Shown here piece after piece: positions 46,161 to 54,799 of a stretch of 64,000 nt of DNA. The translations under genes were made by a program, and so were the position numbers. Below the pieces are notes generated by a model that saw only the letters and a list, made by a program, of their open reading frames with translations, searched no databases and was not told where the DNA came from. Position 1 is the first letter of the stretch. Each line of letters begins with the position of its first letter. This DNA comes from an uncultured Coriobacteriaceae bacterium. Its GTDB lineage: Bacteria; Actinomycetota; Coriobacteriia; Coriobacteriales; Atopobiaceae. The stretch lies in assembly GCA_902777325.1 (NCBI GenBank), contig CACYTH010000009.1, positions 24,819-88,818 on the forward strand, read 5' to 3'.

Positions 46161-46715
46161 CTAGAACTGGACCGTGGGAGCCTGGCGGGCAGAGGCGTCC
46201 TCGACGGTGAAGCCCTGACGCTTCTGGAACTTGGAGCCGGCGACGATGTTGCCCGGGAAGGTAGTGATGGCGTTGTTGTACTCGAGCACGCAGTCGTTGT
46301 AGCTCATGCGAGCGTAGCTGATCTTGTTCTCGGTATCGGTGAGGTCAGCCTGGAGCTGGGAGAAGTTGCTGTTGGCCTTGAGGTCGGGGTATGCCTCGGC
46401 GACGGCAAAGAGATGACCGAGGGCCTGCGAGAGCTGGCCGGAGGCTGCCATGGCGGCCTCGGGGGTGCTGGCACCTGCGACGGCGGCGCGGGCGTTGGTG
46501 ACGGCCTCGAGCGTCTCGCGCTCGTGGGTCATGTAGCCCTGGACCGTGGCAACCAGGTTGGGGATAAGGTCGTTGCGGCGCTGAAGCTGGGCGTCAATGG
46601 TCTCCCAGGCGTTGTCGCAGCGGTTGAACTTGATGACGATGCCGTTGTTAATGCTGATCCATGCGCCGATGACTGCGGCAAGGATGGCCAGGACGACGAT
46701 GATGACAGGGACCAT
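46161..46715 (-). CDS. lemA: LemA family protein
   Basis: 184 aa from ATG 46715 (GGAAAGGAG RBS). N-terminal TM helix, then WETIDAQLQRRNDLIPNLV and AEAYPDLKAN. The track extension to 46820 would run through the tRNA-linked element. Confidence 0.85.
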   Translation of the reverse strand: MVPVIIVVLAILAAVIGAWISINNGIVIKFNRCDNAWETIDAQLQRRNDLIPNLVATVQGYMTHERETLEAVTNARAAVAGASTPEAAMAASGQLSQALGHLFAVAEAYPDLKANSNFSQLQADLTDTENKISYARMSYNDCVLEYNNAITTFPGNIVAGSKFQKRQGFTVEDASARQAPTVQF

Positions 46716-46746
46716 GATGCGCTCCTTTCCGAGCGTGAATACCAAA

Positions 46747-46769
46747 CGGTCGGCAGATGGTGCCGACCG
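46747..46769 (-). terminator. hairpin closing the tRNA-Ser / element unit
   Basis: On the minus strand: CGGTCGGCA-ccatc-TGCCGACCG followed by TTT. It lies directly after the tRNA-Ser 3' fragment copy. Confidence 0.45.
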
Positions 46770-46782
46770 GTAAAGCTCTATA

Positions 46783-46801
46783 GGCGGAGGAGGAGGGATT
46801 C
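46783..46801 (-). pseudogene. 19-nt duplicate of the tRNA-Ser 3' end (T-loop GAATC through discriminator)
   Basis: ggcggaggaggagggattc at 46783-46801 is identical to 46938-46956 inside tRNA-Ser. Identity stops exactly in the T-loop. Confidence 0.85.
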
Positions 46802-46889
46802 CCGCGTTGCCTTGCGGCAACGCTCTCAGGCCTCGCTGCGCTCGGCCCGTAGCGCTTTCGCGCTACGACCTTGCGGTTCGATGACCACC
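46802..46889 (-). repeat. tRNA-linked hairpin-rich element, Ser-locus copy (88 nt, divergent)
   Basis: In tRNA orientation: ggtggtcatcgaaccgcaaggtc-GTAGCGCgaaaGCGCTAC-gGGCCgagcgcagcgagGCCt-gaGAGCGTTGCCgcaaGGCAACGC-gg. It has the same hairpin order and the same GAGCGCAGCGA loop as the Ala and Lys copies, with different stem sequences and GNRA loops. Confidence 0.7.
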
Positions 46890-46936
46890 AGGAACTCTTC
46901 TTGGTCAGTGACCTGCACTGACCCGTTATTCAATTA

Positions 46937-47024
46937 TGGCGGAGGAGGAGGGATTCGAACCCTCGAGACCTTTCGGCCCGGCGGTTTTCAAGACCGCTGC
47001 ATTCAACCACTCTGCCACCCCTCC
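46937..47024 (-). tRNA. tRNA-Ser (anticodon TGA)
   Basis: Reverse complement is ggaggggtggcagagtggttgaatgcagcggtCTTGAAAaccgc-cgggccgaaaggtctc (long variable arm)-gagggTTCGAATccctc-ctcctccgcca. Confidence 0.93.
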
Positions 47025-47136
47025 ACAGATATGCAGCTATGATACCCCACCCGAGTGCCTTTGATTCAGCTCAGTTGCAACGGAACGCGCCAAAGGCCGT
47101 GTGCCGCGGCAGGGCGTCACTGCTACCATGTAGGGC

Positions 47137-47610
47137 ATGAGCATCGATGAGACATACATGGAGCTGGCGATTGAGGAAGCCCGATTTGCCGCCGAGGAGG
47201 GTGAGGTGCCCATCGGGGCGGTGGTGGTGTGCGACGGCCAAGTGGTCGCCCGTGCCCACAACCGCCGCGAGCTGGACCACGACCCCTCTGCGCATGCCGA
47301 GTTTGCCGCAATGGTCGAGGCCTCGCGCGCGCTTGACCGCTGGCGTCTCACGGGCTGCACGGTGTACGTCACGCTGGAGCCGTGCCTCATGTGCGCAGGC
47401 CTGATGGTCAACGGGCGGATAGATCGCTGCGTGTACGGGGCGCCCGATCCCAAGGGAGGTGCGCTGGGCACGCTCTACGACGTGAGCCACGACCCGCGCC
47501 TCAACCACGAGTTTGAGGTCACGGCGGGCGTTTGCGCAGATGAATGTGCCAATCTTCTCAGGAGCTTCTTCCGCGAGCGTAGGCGTGCGCGCAAGGCTCA
47601 GACAAGCTAG
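47137..47610 (+). CDS. tadA: tRNA adenosine(34) deaminase
   Basis: Motifs VPIGAVVV, HAEFAAM and TLEPCLMCAG. Adjacent to tRNA-Ser, as in many genomes. Confidence 0.9.
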   Translation: MSIDETYMELAIEEARFAAEEGEVPIGAVVVCDGQVVARAHNRRELDHDPSAHAEFAAMVEASRALDRWRLTGCTVYVTLEPCLMCAGLMVNGRIDRCVYGAPDPKGGALGTLYDVSHDPRLNHEFEVTAGVCADECANLLRSFFRERRRARKAQTS

Positions 47611-47712
47611 CGAGAGTTGCTACAGCTGTCACGTTTCAAGATTGCCAACGATGTCATAACCCAACAAAATGCGGTATTGTAAGGTAACTGACAGCAGCTG
47701 AGGGGGAGATCG

Positions 47713-48702
47713 ATGGCACGTCACTTTACTGGCGAGGATGTGCGCGCTGCCTACGAGCGGATCAGCACGCGCGTGCGGCGCACGCCCCTCGAGGACTCCA
47801 TCTATCTGGGCGATGACGACCACAAGTATCGCTTTAAGTTCGAGAGCCAGCAGCTAGGCAAGAGCTTCAAGATCCGTGGTGCGCTCAACACCATGTCGCA
47901 GCTCACGCCGGCCCAGGTGTCACGCGGCGTTGGCACGGTCTCCACGGGCAACCATGCGGTGGCGGTGGCCTACGCCGCAAAGGAGCTCGACATCGAGAAC
48001 TGCGTGGTCATCGTGCCCTACGGCATCGCGCGCAGCAAGCTCGACCGCATCCGCTACTACGGTGCGCGCGTCATGACCATGGGCAGCAACTACGACGAGG
48101 CGCTGACCCTCGGCCTCAACTACATTGACCGCAACGAGCTGTTCTATGTGGACCCGGGCCAGTACGACCCGCGCGTCTACGCAGGTCAGGGCACCATTGG
48201 CTACGAGATTGCCCTGCAGCATCCCAGGGTTGACACCATTGTGGTACCGGTGGGCAGCGGTGGCCTCATCACGGGCATTGCGGTTGGCGCGCGTGCGATC
48301 AAGCCGGAGATGCGCATCGTCGGCGTGCAGACTGCGGCTTGCCCCTCCATGTACCAGTCGCTCAAGGACCGCGTATGCTACAGCACCTACCCGGTCTTGG
48401 GCGAGACCATCTGTGACGCTGTGGTAGGGGGCGCCGGCCGCATAGCCTACGAGATGCTGCCGAGCCTCGTCGACCAGTGGGTGATCGTAGAGGAGAGCCA
48501 GATCCGCAGCGCCCTGCGCTTTATGGTGGAGCGCGAGCAGAGCGTGATCGAGGGCGGTAGCGCCATGGTGGTGGCGGCCGTTCGCGAGTATCCCGAGCTC
48601 GTGGGTGGCAGTAACGTGGCGCTTGTCATCAGTGGTGGCAACGTGGACGGACGCATGCTCGCCGAGGTGCTCAACGAGCCCGGCGAGCACGAGATCGACT
48701 AG
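47713..48702 (+). CDS. PLP-dependent threonine/serine dehydratase family protein
   Basis: PLP lysine motif FKFESQQLGKSFKIRGALN and the glycine loop VPVGSGGLITG. Confidence 0.75.
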   Translation: MARHFTGEDVRAAYERISTRVRRTPLEDSIYLGDDDHKYRFKFESQQLGKSFKIRGALNTMSQLTPAQVSRGVGTVSTGNHAVAVAYAAKELDIENCVVIVPYGIARSKLDRIRYYGARVMTMGSNYDEALTLGLNYIDRNELFYVDPGQYDPRVYAGQGTIGYEIALQHPRVDTIVVPVGSGGLITGIAVGARAIKPEMRIVGVQTAACPSMYQSLKDRVCYSTYPVLGETICDAVVGGAGRIAYEMLPSLVDQWVIVEESQIRSALRFMVEREQSVIEGGSAMVVAAVREYPELVGGSNVALVISGGNVDGRMLAEVLNEPGEHEID

Positions 48703-48710
48703 CGCGGTCC

Positions 48711-49991
48711 CTACACAATCTGGAAGACAAAGAAGTCGAGGTAGTGGCTGGGCGGAAAGCCCCACAGGATGGGGTGGTCCGGTGCCTGCTGGCGCTCCTC
48801 AACCTGCTTGAGCTGCACGTTTGCGTCATGCGCGGCCTCGGCCACGGCGCGTGCGAGAAGGTCGCGCGTCATGTGCTGGGAGCAGCTGCACGTGGCGAGG
48901 TAACCCCCGCGCGGCAGCAGCCGAAGCGCCTCGAAGTTGATCTCCTTGTAGCCACGCGCGGCGTTGCGCACTGTCGAGCTGCTCTTGGTAAAGGCGGGTG
49001 GGTCGAGCACGATGAGGTCGAACGGCCCGCCCTCCTCGCGAAGGTAGTTGCGGTCCGAGCGCAGCGCGGGGAGATACTCGAGCACGTTTGAGCAGGTAAA
49101 CGACATGCGATTGTCGAGACCATTGAGGGCTGCGTTCTGTGAGGCAAGGTCGATGGCGGTCTTGCTCACATCCACGCAGCGCACGAGCTCTGCGCCTCCA
49201 GCCGCAGCGTTGAGCCCGAAGGGACCAACGTGGCAGAAGCAGTCAAGCACGCGCCTGCCTGCGGCAATCTCGCGCACGGCACGGCGGTTGTACTTCTGGT
49301 CCAAGAAGAACCCCGTTTTCTGGGAGTTCTCGAGGTCAAGCCCAAAGGAGAGGCCGTTCTCCTGCACCACGATGCGCGTGTCGAGCGCGGTCGCACCGTC
49401 CCACCAGCCCTTTCGCAGTGGCAGGCCCTCGCGCTCGCGCACGGGGGAGTCGCAGCGCTCGTAGATGGCGCGCGCGTCCTGGCCGTCCTGCCGAAGCACC
49501 TCGAGCAGCAGGGGGTAGAGCCTCTCGCGCAAGAGCTCCATGCCCACGGTGCCGACCTGTGCCACCAGCACCTGGCCGTAGCGGTCGACGGTGAGCCCGG
49601 GCAGGCCGTCAGCCTCCGAGAAGACCACGCGGCAGGCCTCGATGTCGGGTGCTGTGCCGGGGAGGGCACGGCTGCCCATCGTGGACACGCGGTGCTGCCA
49701 AGCCCACGAGATGCGACGCTTCCAAAACGCGTCGTCAAAGCGGTCGTTTGCATTGCGCGACAGTATGCGCACGCGGATCTTGCTCTGTTGCGAGATGAGA
49801 CCCGTGCCCTGCCAGGTGCCGTTCTCCTCCACCACGTCCACGAGGCAGCCGTTGGTGACAGGCGCACCGTCGGACGGAGCCGGGTCCACGCGCACGACCT
49901 CGCCCTCAAAGACCCACGGATGGCCGCCCGCAAGTGAGCGCGCGGCCTTGCGCGTGACAACTACCTGCGGATATGGGCGTATCTGCTTCAA
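48711..49991 (-). CDS. class I SAM-dependent rRNA methyltransferase (RlmI-like, PUA + MTase)
   Basis: Motifs GHPWVF, LPGLTVDRYG, FFLDQKYNR, VLDCFCHVGPFGL and LDPPAFTKS. Confidence 0.75.
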   Translation of the reverse strand: MKQIRPYPQVVVTRKAARSLAGGHPWVFEGEVVRVDPAPSDGAPVTNGCLVDVVEENGTWQGTGLISQQSKIRVRILSRNANDRFDDAFWKRRISWAWQHRVSTMGSRALPGTAPDIEACRVVFSEADGLPGLTVDRYGQVLVAQVGTVGMELLRERLYPLLLEVLRQDGQDARAIYERCDSPVREREGLPLRKGWWDGATALDTRIVVQENGLSFGLDLENSQKTGFFLDQKYNRRAVREIAAGRRVLDCFCHVGPFGLNAAAGGAELVRCVDVSKTAIDLASQNAALNGLDNRMSFTCSNVLEYLPALRSDRNYLREEGGPFDLIVLDPPAFTKSSSTVRNAARGYKEINFEALRLLPRGGYLATCSCSQHMTRDLLARAVAEAAHDANVQLKQVEERQQAPDHPILWGFPPSHYLDFFVFQIV

Positions 49992-50018
49992 GGCGTCACC
50001 AAGCTCTCTGCGGATGGT

Positions 50019-51446
50019 CTAGTAGTGACGGCCAAAGCGGCCGCTGCTGGGACCGCCAAAGCCGCGACGGCTCTTGCTTCCGCTGAACATCGTGCGCGTG
50101 GTGCGCGTGGTGGCGCGGCTGGCGTTGGGCACGATGCGCCCGCTGTCGTACTCGAAGTCCGGGAGGTCCCAGATGGGCACGAGCTTCTTGGTGAAGTACT
50201 CGATCTCGCGCAGCGGGGTGATCTCGTCGGGCGCGACAAAGGTGTACGCATGTCCGGTCGCCCCCGCCCTGCCCGTACGACCGATGCGGTGCACGTAGTC
50301 CTCGGGGTCCATGGGCACGTCAAAGTTGACGACCGCGTCGATGCCGCTCACGTCGATGCCGCGGCTCATGACGTCGGTGGCGACGAGCAGCTGTACCTGT
50401 CCCTCGCGGAAGCGCTCGAGCGCCTTGTCGCGCGCCTTCTGCGGGCGGTCTGCGTGCATGACCTCCACCTTGAGGTCGGCGCTCTTGAGCGTCTTGGAGA
50501 CGTCGTCCACGCGATGCTTGGTGCGGCAGAAGACCAGCACGCGGTCGAGCTGCGCACCAGGCTCGGCACCGCCAGAGCTGACGATGGCCTGCAGCAGCTG
50601 CGTCTTCTGGCCCTGCGTCACAGGGCAGAGGTGCTCCTCCACCGTGTCGGCCGTCTCGCCCACGCGGGCAATCTCGACGGTTGCGGGGTCGGTGAGCATG
50701 GCGTCGATGGTGCCCTTGATGCTGGGCGGGATGGTCGCGGAGAACAGAAGGTTCTGGCGCTTGCCCGGCAGCGCTGCCATGATGCGGCGCACGCTGGGCC
50801 AAAAGCCCATGTCAAGCATGCGGTCCGCCTCGTCGAGCACCAGCACGCGCACCTGCGAGAGGTCGACGTGCCTGTGCTCCATGAGGTCGATCAGGCGTCC
50901 CGGGGTGGCCACGAGAAGATCGCAGCCACGTGCGAGGGCCTTGAGCTGGCGGTCGAACCTGGTGCCGCCCATGACGATGACGGAGCGCTGGCCCGTGTGC
51001 TCGCAGACGGTGGTCACCACACGCTCTATCTGCTGAGCAAGCTCGCGCGTGGGCGTGACGACCAAAGCAAGCGGCCGCGCGGGCTCGCCGGTGGCCACGG
51101 GAGCGCCCGCATCGGGGCTGCCCTTTCCGCGACGACGCCTGCGCCGGCGACGCTTGGGCCTTTGAGCCTCCTCGTCGGCTGGCGCGGACTCGTCCACGGG
51201 AGCGGGCGTCTCCATGGCTGCCACCTCGGGAGCGTCAGCGGAAAGCCCCATGATGAGCTGCAGCGTGGGCAGGGCGAACGCGGCGGTCTTGCCGGTGCCG
51301 GTCTGTGCCGACGCGACGAGGTCGCGCCCCTCAAGCACCAGGGGGATCGCCTGCCCCTGAACGGGGGTCGGTTGGGTGAAGCCGAGGGATTCGACCCCGG
51401 CAAGTATCTGCTCGTTTAGCCCGAGCTCGGCAAATGAAGTAGTCAT
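50019..51446 (-). CDS. DEAD-box ATP-dependent RNA helicase
   Basis: 475 aa from ATG 51446. Q-motif FTQPTPVQ, then AQTGTGKT, PTRELA, DEAD (LDEADRML), SAT, ARGID and HRIGRTGRAG. An Arg-rich insert is present (RPKRRRRRRRRGKG). Confidence 0.9.
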   Translation of the reverse strand: MTTSFAELGLNEQILAGVESLGFTQPTPVQGQAIPLVLEGRDLVASAQTGTGKTAAFALPTLQLIMGLSADAPEVAAMETPAPVDESAPADEEAQRPKRRRRRRRRGKGSPDAGAPVATGEPARPLALVVTPTRELAQQIERVVTTVCEHTGQRSVIVMGGTRFDRQLKALARGCDLLVATPGRLIDLMEHRHVDLSQVRVLVLDEADRMLDMGFWPSVRRIMAALPGKRQNLLFSATIPPSIKGTIDAMLTDPATVEIARVGETADTVEEHLCPVTQGQKTQLLQAIVSSGGAEPGAQLDRVLVFCRTKHRVDDVSKTLKSADLKVEVMHADRPQKARDKALERFREGQVQLLVATDVMSRGIDVSGIDAVVNFDVPMDPEDYVHRIGRTGRAGATGHAYTFVAPDEITPLREIEYFTKKLVPIWDLPDFEYDSGRIVPNASRATTRTTRTMFSGSKSRRGFGGPSSGRFGRHY

Positions 51447-51751
51447 GGGTGTAAGTATGGGGCAAGGTCGGAGCGTATGGGCACCCCTCACCAAACAATC
51501 AGGACAGCGATAGGCCTGGCGCACATACTCTTGTGTCGCTGCGACGCATGTATGCGCAGGGACCGTGTTTGCAGCACGCACGAGCTGTCACCTTGCGGCA
51601 AGAAGCTGCTATGCTAAACAAGTTATGCTCAAAGGCCGTGGGAGGCATCAAGTGACAAGAACCCCAGAGACGCTATCGGGTCGAATGCACAAGTGCGGAT
51701 AGCCGCACTTGCCCATGCACCTGCACTTTTCGTCTCACAAGGAGTTCTGAC

Positions 51752-52723
51752 ATGCCCATCAACATTCCCGACGGCCTGCCCGCCAAGACCATCCTGCAGC
51801 AGGAGCGCATCTTCGCCCTCGAGGAGGACGTGGCAAGCCACCAGCACATCCGCCCGCTGCGCCTGGCCATCCTCAACCTCATGCCCACCAAGGTGGAGAC
51901 CGAGACGCAGATCCTGCGCCTCATCTCCAAGTCGCCGCTGCAGGTGAGCTGCGACTTCATGCGCGTGAGCAGCCACGAGTCCAAGAACACCTCGGCTGAC
52001 CACCTGGTCAAGTTCTACGACACCTTTGACGCCTATCGCAACGAGAACTACGACGGCCTCATCGTCACGGGCGCGCCTGTGGAGCACCTCCCCTTTGACG
52101 AGGTGGACTACTGGGACGAGCTCTGCGAGATCTTTGACTGGAGCCAGGAGCACGTCTTCTCGACCATGTTCCTGTGCTGGGGTGCCATGGCCGGCCTCTA
52201 CCACTTCTACGGCATCCACAAGAAGCTGCTGCCGGCAAAGCTCTTTGGCGTGTTCCCGCAGCGTCTGTGCGACGAGTACAGCTTCCTCACCAACGGCTTC
52301 GACGAGATGCACAACATGCCGCACTCGCGTCACGCCATGATCGACGCGGCTGAGCTGGCCCAGCATCCCGAGCTCAAGGTGCTCTCGGAGGGATTCAACA
52401 GCGGTCCGGCTCTCATTGCCACCGACGACTTCCACGAGATCTATGTGACCGGTCACTTTGAGTACGGCCGTGACACGCTGGCCGACGAGTACTGGCGCGA
52501 CTTCCACAAGGGCCTGCCCATTCGCCTGCCGGAGAACTACTTCCCCGACAACAACCCCGAGAACCAGCCGATCTTCACGTGGCGCAGCCATGCCAACCTG
52601 TTGTATCGCAATTGGCTCAACTGGGTGTACCAGATGACCCCGTACGAGATCGACGAGATTCCGCAGGCCATCGCGTCGCTGCGTGCCGACACGTGGGACT
52701 TTGCCGGCAAGTTCAACCGGTAG
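51752..52723 (+). CDS. metA: homoserine O-acyltransferase MetA
   Basis: Motifs MPINIPDGLPA, LRLAILNLMP, ITGAPVE, CWGAMAGLY and SRH. Confidence 0.9.
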   Translation: MPINIPDGLPAKTILQQERIFALEEDVASHQHIRPLRLAILNLMPTKVETETQILRLISKSPLQVSCDFMRVSSHESKNTSADHLVKFYDTFDAYRNENYDGLIVTGAPVEHLPFDEVDYWDELCEIFDWSQEHVFSTMFLCWGAMAGLYHFYGIHKKLLPAKLFGVFPQRLCDEYSFLTNGFDEMHNMPHSRHAMIDAAELAQHPELKVLSEGFNSGPALIATDDFHEIYVTGHFEYGRDTLADEYWRDFHKGLPIRLPENYFPDNNPENQPIFTWRSHANLLYRNWLNWVYQMTPYEIDEIPQAIASLRADTWDFAGKFNR

Positions 52724-52893
52724 GAGCGGCTGGGTCTGATTGTTTGCCGCCGCTCGGTCGGGGGCAGATAACGCGCAGGTCTCGGTATATGGCCGTAAGA
52801 TTTCAACTCATGACACGTCTTGCCATTTTCAGGCTCGCGCGCGAGGGGTTGTCGTATCCTTAGGCGGCACCGACGACAATAGAGGAGATTCCC

Positions 52894-54531
52894 GTGATCG
52901 TACCCGATATGCTGCGGCTTAACGCTGCCAAGTACCCCGATGAGATTGCGCTGGTGGAGATCAATCCGGCCATGCCCGAGGACCGCCACATCACCTGGCG
53001 CGACTACGACCTGGTTGAGACGACCGACGACGAGCCTTATCGACGCGAGATCACATGGTCGGTCTTTGACGAGAAGGCAAATCGCTTTGCAAATCTGCTC
53101 ATCTCGCGCGGTGTCGGCAAGGGCGACAGGGTTGCCATCCTGCTGTACAACTGCATCGAGTGGCTGCCCATCTACTTCGGCATCCTGAAGACCGGCGCCG
53201 TGGCCGTGCCGCTGAACTTCCGCTACGCCTCGGACGAGATTCTCTACTGCGTGGAGAAGTCCGATTCTGACGTCATTCTCTTTGGACCCGAGTTCATTGG
53301 CCGCATGGAGTCCATCGTCAACAAGCTCCAGAAGGGCCGCCTGCTCTTTTACGTCGGTGATGACTGCCCCACGTGGGCCGAGAGCTTCCGCGAGCTTGAG
53401 GCACTGAGCTCTAGCCGTGACCCGCAGATTGCGCTTTATGAGATTGACGACGCGGCCATTTACTTCAGCTCGGGCACCACGGGCTTCCCCAAGGCCATCC
53501 TGCACAACCACGAGAGCCTGACGCAGGCGGCCGAGATGGAGGCTGTGCACCACTCAATCCAGCACGACGACAATTTCCTCTGCATCCCGCCGCTCTACCA
53601 CACGGGCGCCAAGTTCCACTGGATGGGCTGCCTGACCTGCGGTGCAAAGGCCGTGCTGCTGCGTGGCGTGAGCCCCCAGTACATCTTTGACGCGGTCAGC
53701 CGCGAGCACTGCACCGTGGTGTGGCTGCTGGTGCCCTGGGTGCAGGACATCCTGGCAGCCATCGAGCGTGGCGACCTCAAGCTGGAGGACTACGAGCTCG
53801 ACCAGTGGCGCCTCATGCACGTGGGTGCCCAGCCGGTGCCGCAGAGCCTCATCAAGCGCTGGAAGCAGGTCTTCCCGCACCACGACTACGACACCAACTA
53901 CGGCCTCTCCGAGTCCACCGGCCCCGGTTGCGTGCACCTGGGCGTGGAGAACATCCACAAGGTCGGCGCCATCGGCGTGCCGGGCTACCGCTGGCGCGCA
54001 AAGATCGTGGGCGAGGATGGCCACCGTGTGGAGCAGGGCGAGGTCGGCGAGCTGTGCGTCAAGGGTCCGGGCCTCATGACCTGCTACTACAACGACCCCG
54101 AGGCCACGCAGGAGACCCTCATCAACGGGTGGCTGCACACCGGCGACATGGCCCGCCAGGACGACGAGGGCTTTATCTGGCTGGTTGACCGCAAGAAGGA
54201 CGTCATCATCACCGGTGGCGAGAACCTCTACCCGGTGCAGATCGAGGACTTCATGAGCGCGTGCCCGGCCATTCAGGACGTGGCCGTGATCGGCCTGCCC
54301 GACGAGCGTCTGGGCGAGATCGCTGCGGCGATCGTGCAGCTCAAGCCCGATCACGCCGACACCACCGAGGACGACATCAACAAGTTCTGCCTCGACCTGC
54401 CGCGCTACAAGCGCCCGCGCAAGATCATCTTTGCCGACGTGCCGCGCAACGCGACGGGCAAGATCGAGAAGCCGCTGCTTCGCGAGCGCTACGGTGCCTC
54501 CAACCTGGTGGACAAGGAGAACCAGGGCTAA
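52894..54531 (+). CDS. AMP-dependent acyl-CoA synthetase/ligase
   Basis: Motifs FSSGTTGFPKAI, YGLSE, TGD, DRKKDVIITGGENLYP and GKIEK. GTG start follows an AGAGGAG RBS. Confidence 0.85.
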   Translation: MIVPDMLRLNAAKYPDEIALVEINPAMPEDRHITWRDYDLVETTDDEPYRREITWSVFDEKANRFANLLISRGVGKGDRVAILLYNCIEWLPIYFGILKTGAVAVPLNFRYASDEILYCVEKSDSDVILFGPEFIGRMESIVNKLQKGRLLFYVGDDCPTWAESFRELEALSSSRDPQIALYEIDDAAIYFSSGTTGFPKAILHNHESLTQAAEMEAVHHSIQHDDNFLCIPPLYHTGAKFHWMGCLTCGAKAVLLRGVSPQYIFDAVSREHCTVVWLLVPWVQDILAAIERGDLKLEDYELDQWRLMHVGAQPVPQSLIKRWKQVFPHHDYDTNYGLSESTGPGCVHLGVENIHKVGAIGVPGYRWRAKIVGEDGHRVEQGEVGELCVKGPGLMTCYYNDPEATQETLINGWLHTGDMARQDDEGFIWLVDRKKDVIITGGENLYPVQIEDFMSACPAIQDVAVIGLPDERLGEIAAAIVQLKPDHADTTEDDINKFCLDLPRYKRPRKIIFADVPRNATGKIEKPLLRERYGASNLVDKENQG

Positions 54532-54555
54532 GGCCAGCAGACATAGGGAACAAGC

Positions 54556-54587
54556 GAGAGGGACGCGGCCCAGACTGCGTCCCTCTC
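54556..54587 (+). terminator. hairpin after the acyl-CoA ligase gene
   Basis: GAGAGGGACGC-ggcccagact-GCGTCCCTCTC followed by TTG. Confidence 0.5.
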
Positions 54588-54799
54588 TTGCCATACCTGT
54601 CTATTCTCCGTGGCGGGGCTGACCCGCTCTAGCGTGGGGCTGGTGGGGTGGGCTGGGGTGGGACACCAGGCACGTCCCCTGTCCCGCCCCGGCCCGGCCT
54701 CGCATCCCATGTTTCCCGAGCTTGGAGGTATCCGAAACATGTCTGTCGCATGAGGCGGCTATACTGGTTCGAGTTCCGTAGTTGGAGAGGAAACATCCT

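Noticed and set aside
46716-46820. N-terminal extension of lemA
   Set aside because: It would read through the tRNA-Ser fragment and the hairpin element. ATG 46715 with a GGAAAGGAG RBS gives the canonical LemA N-terminal TM helix.
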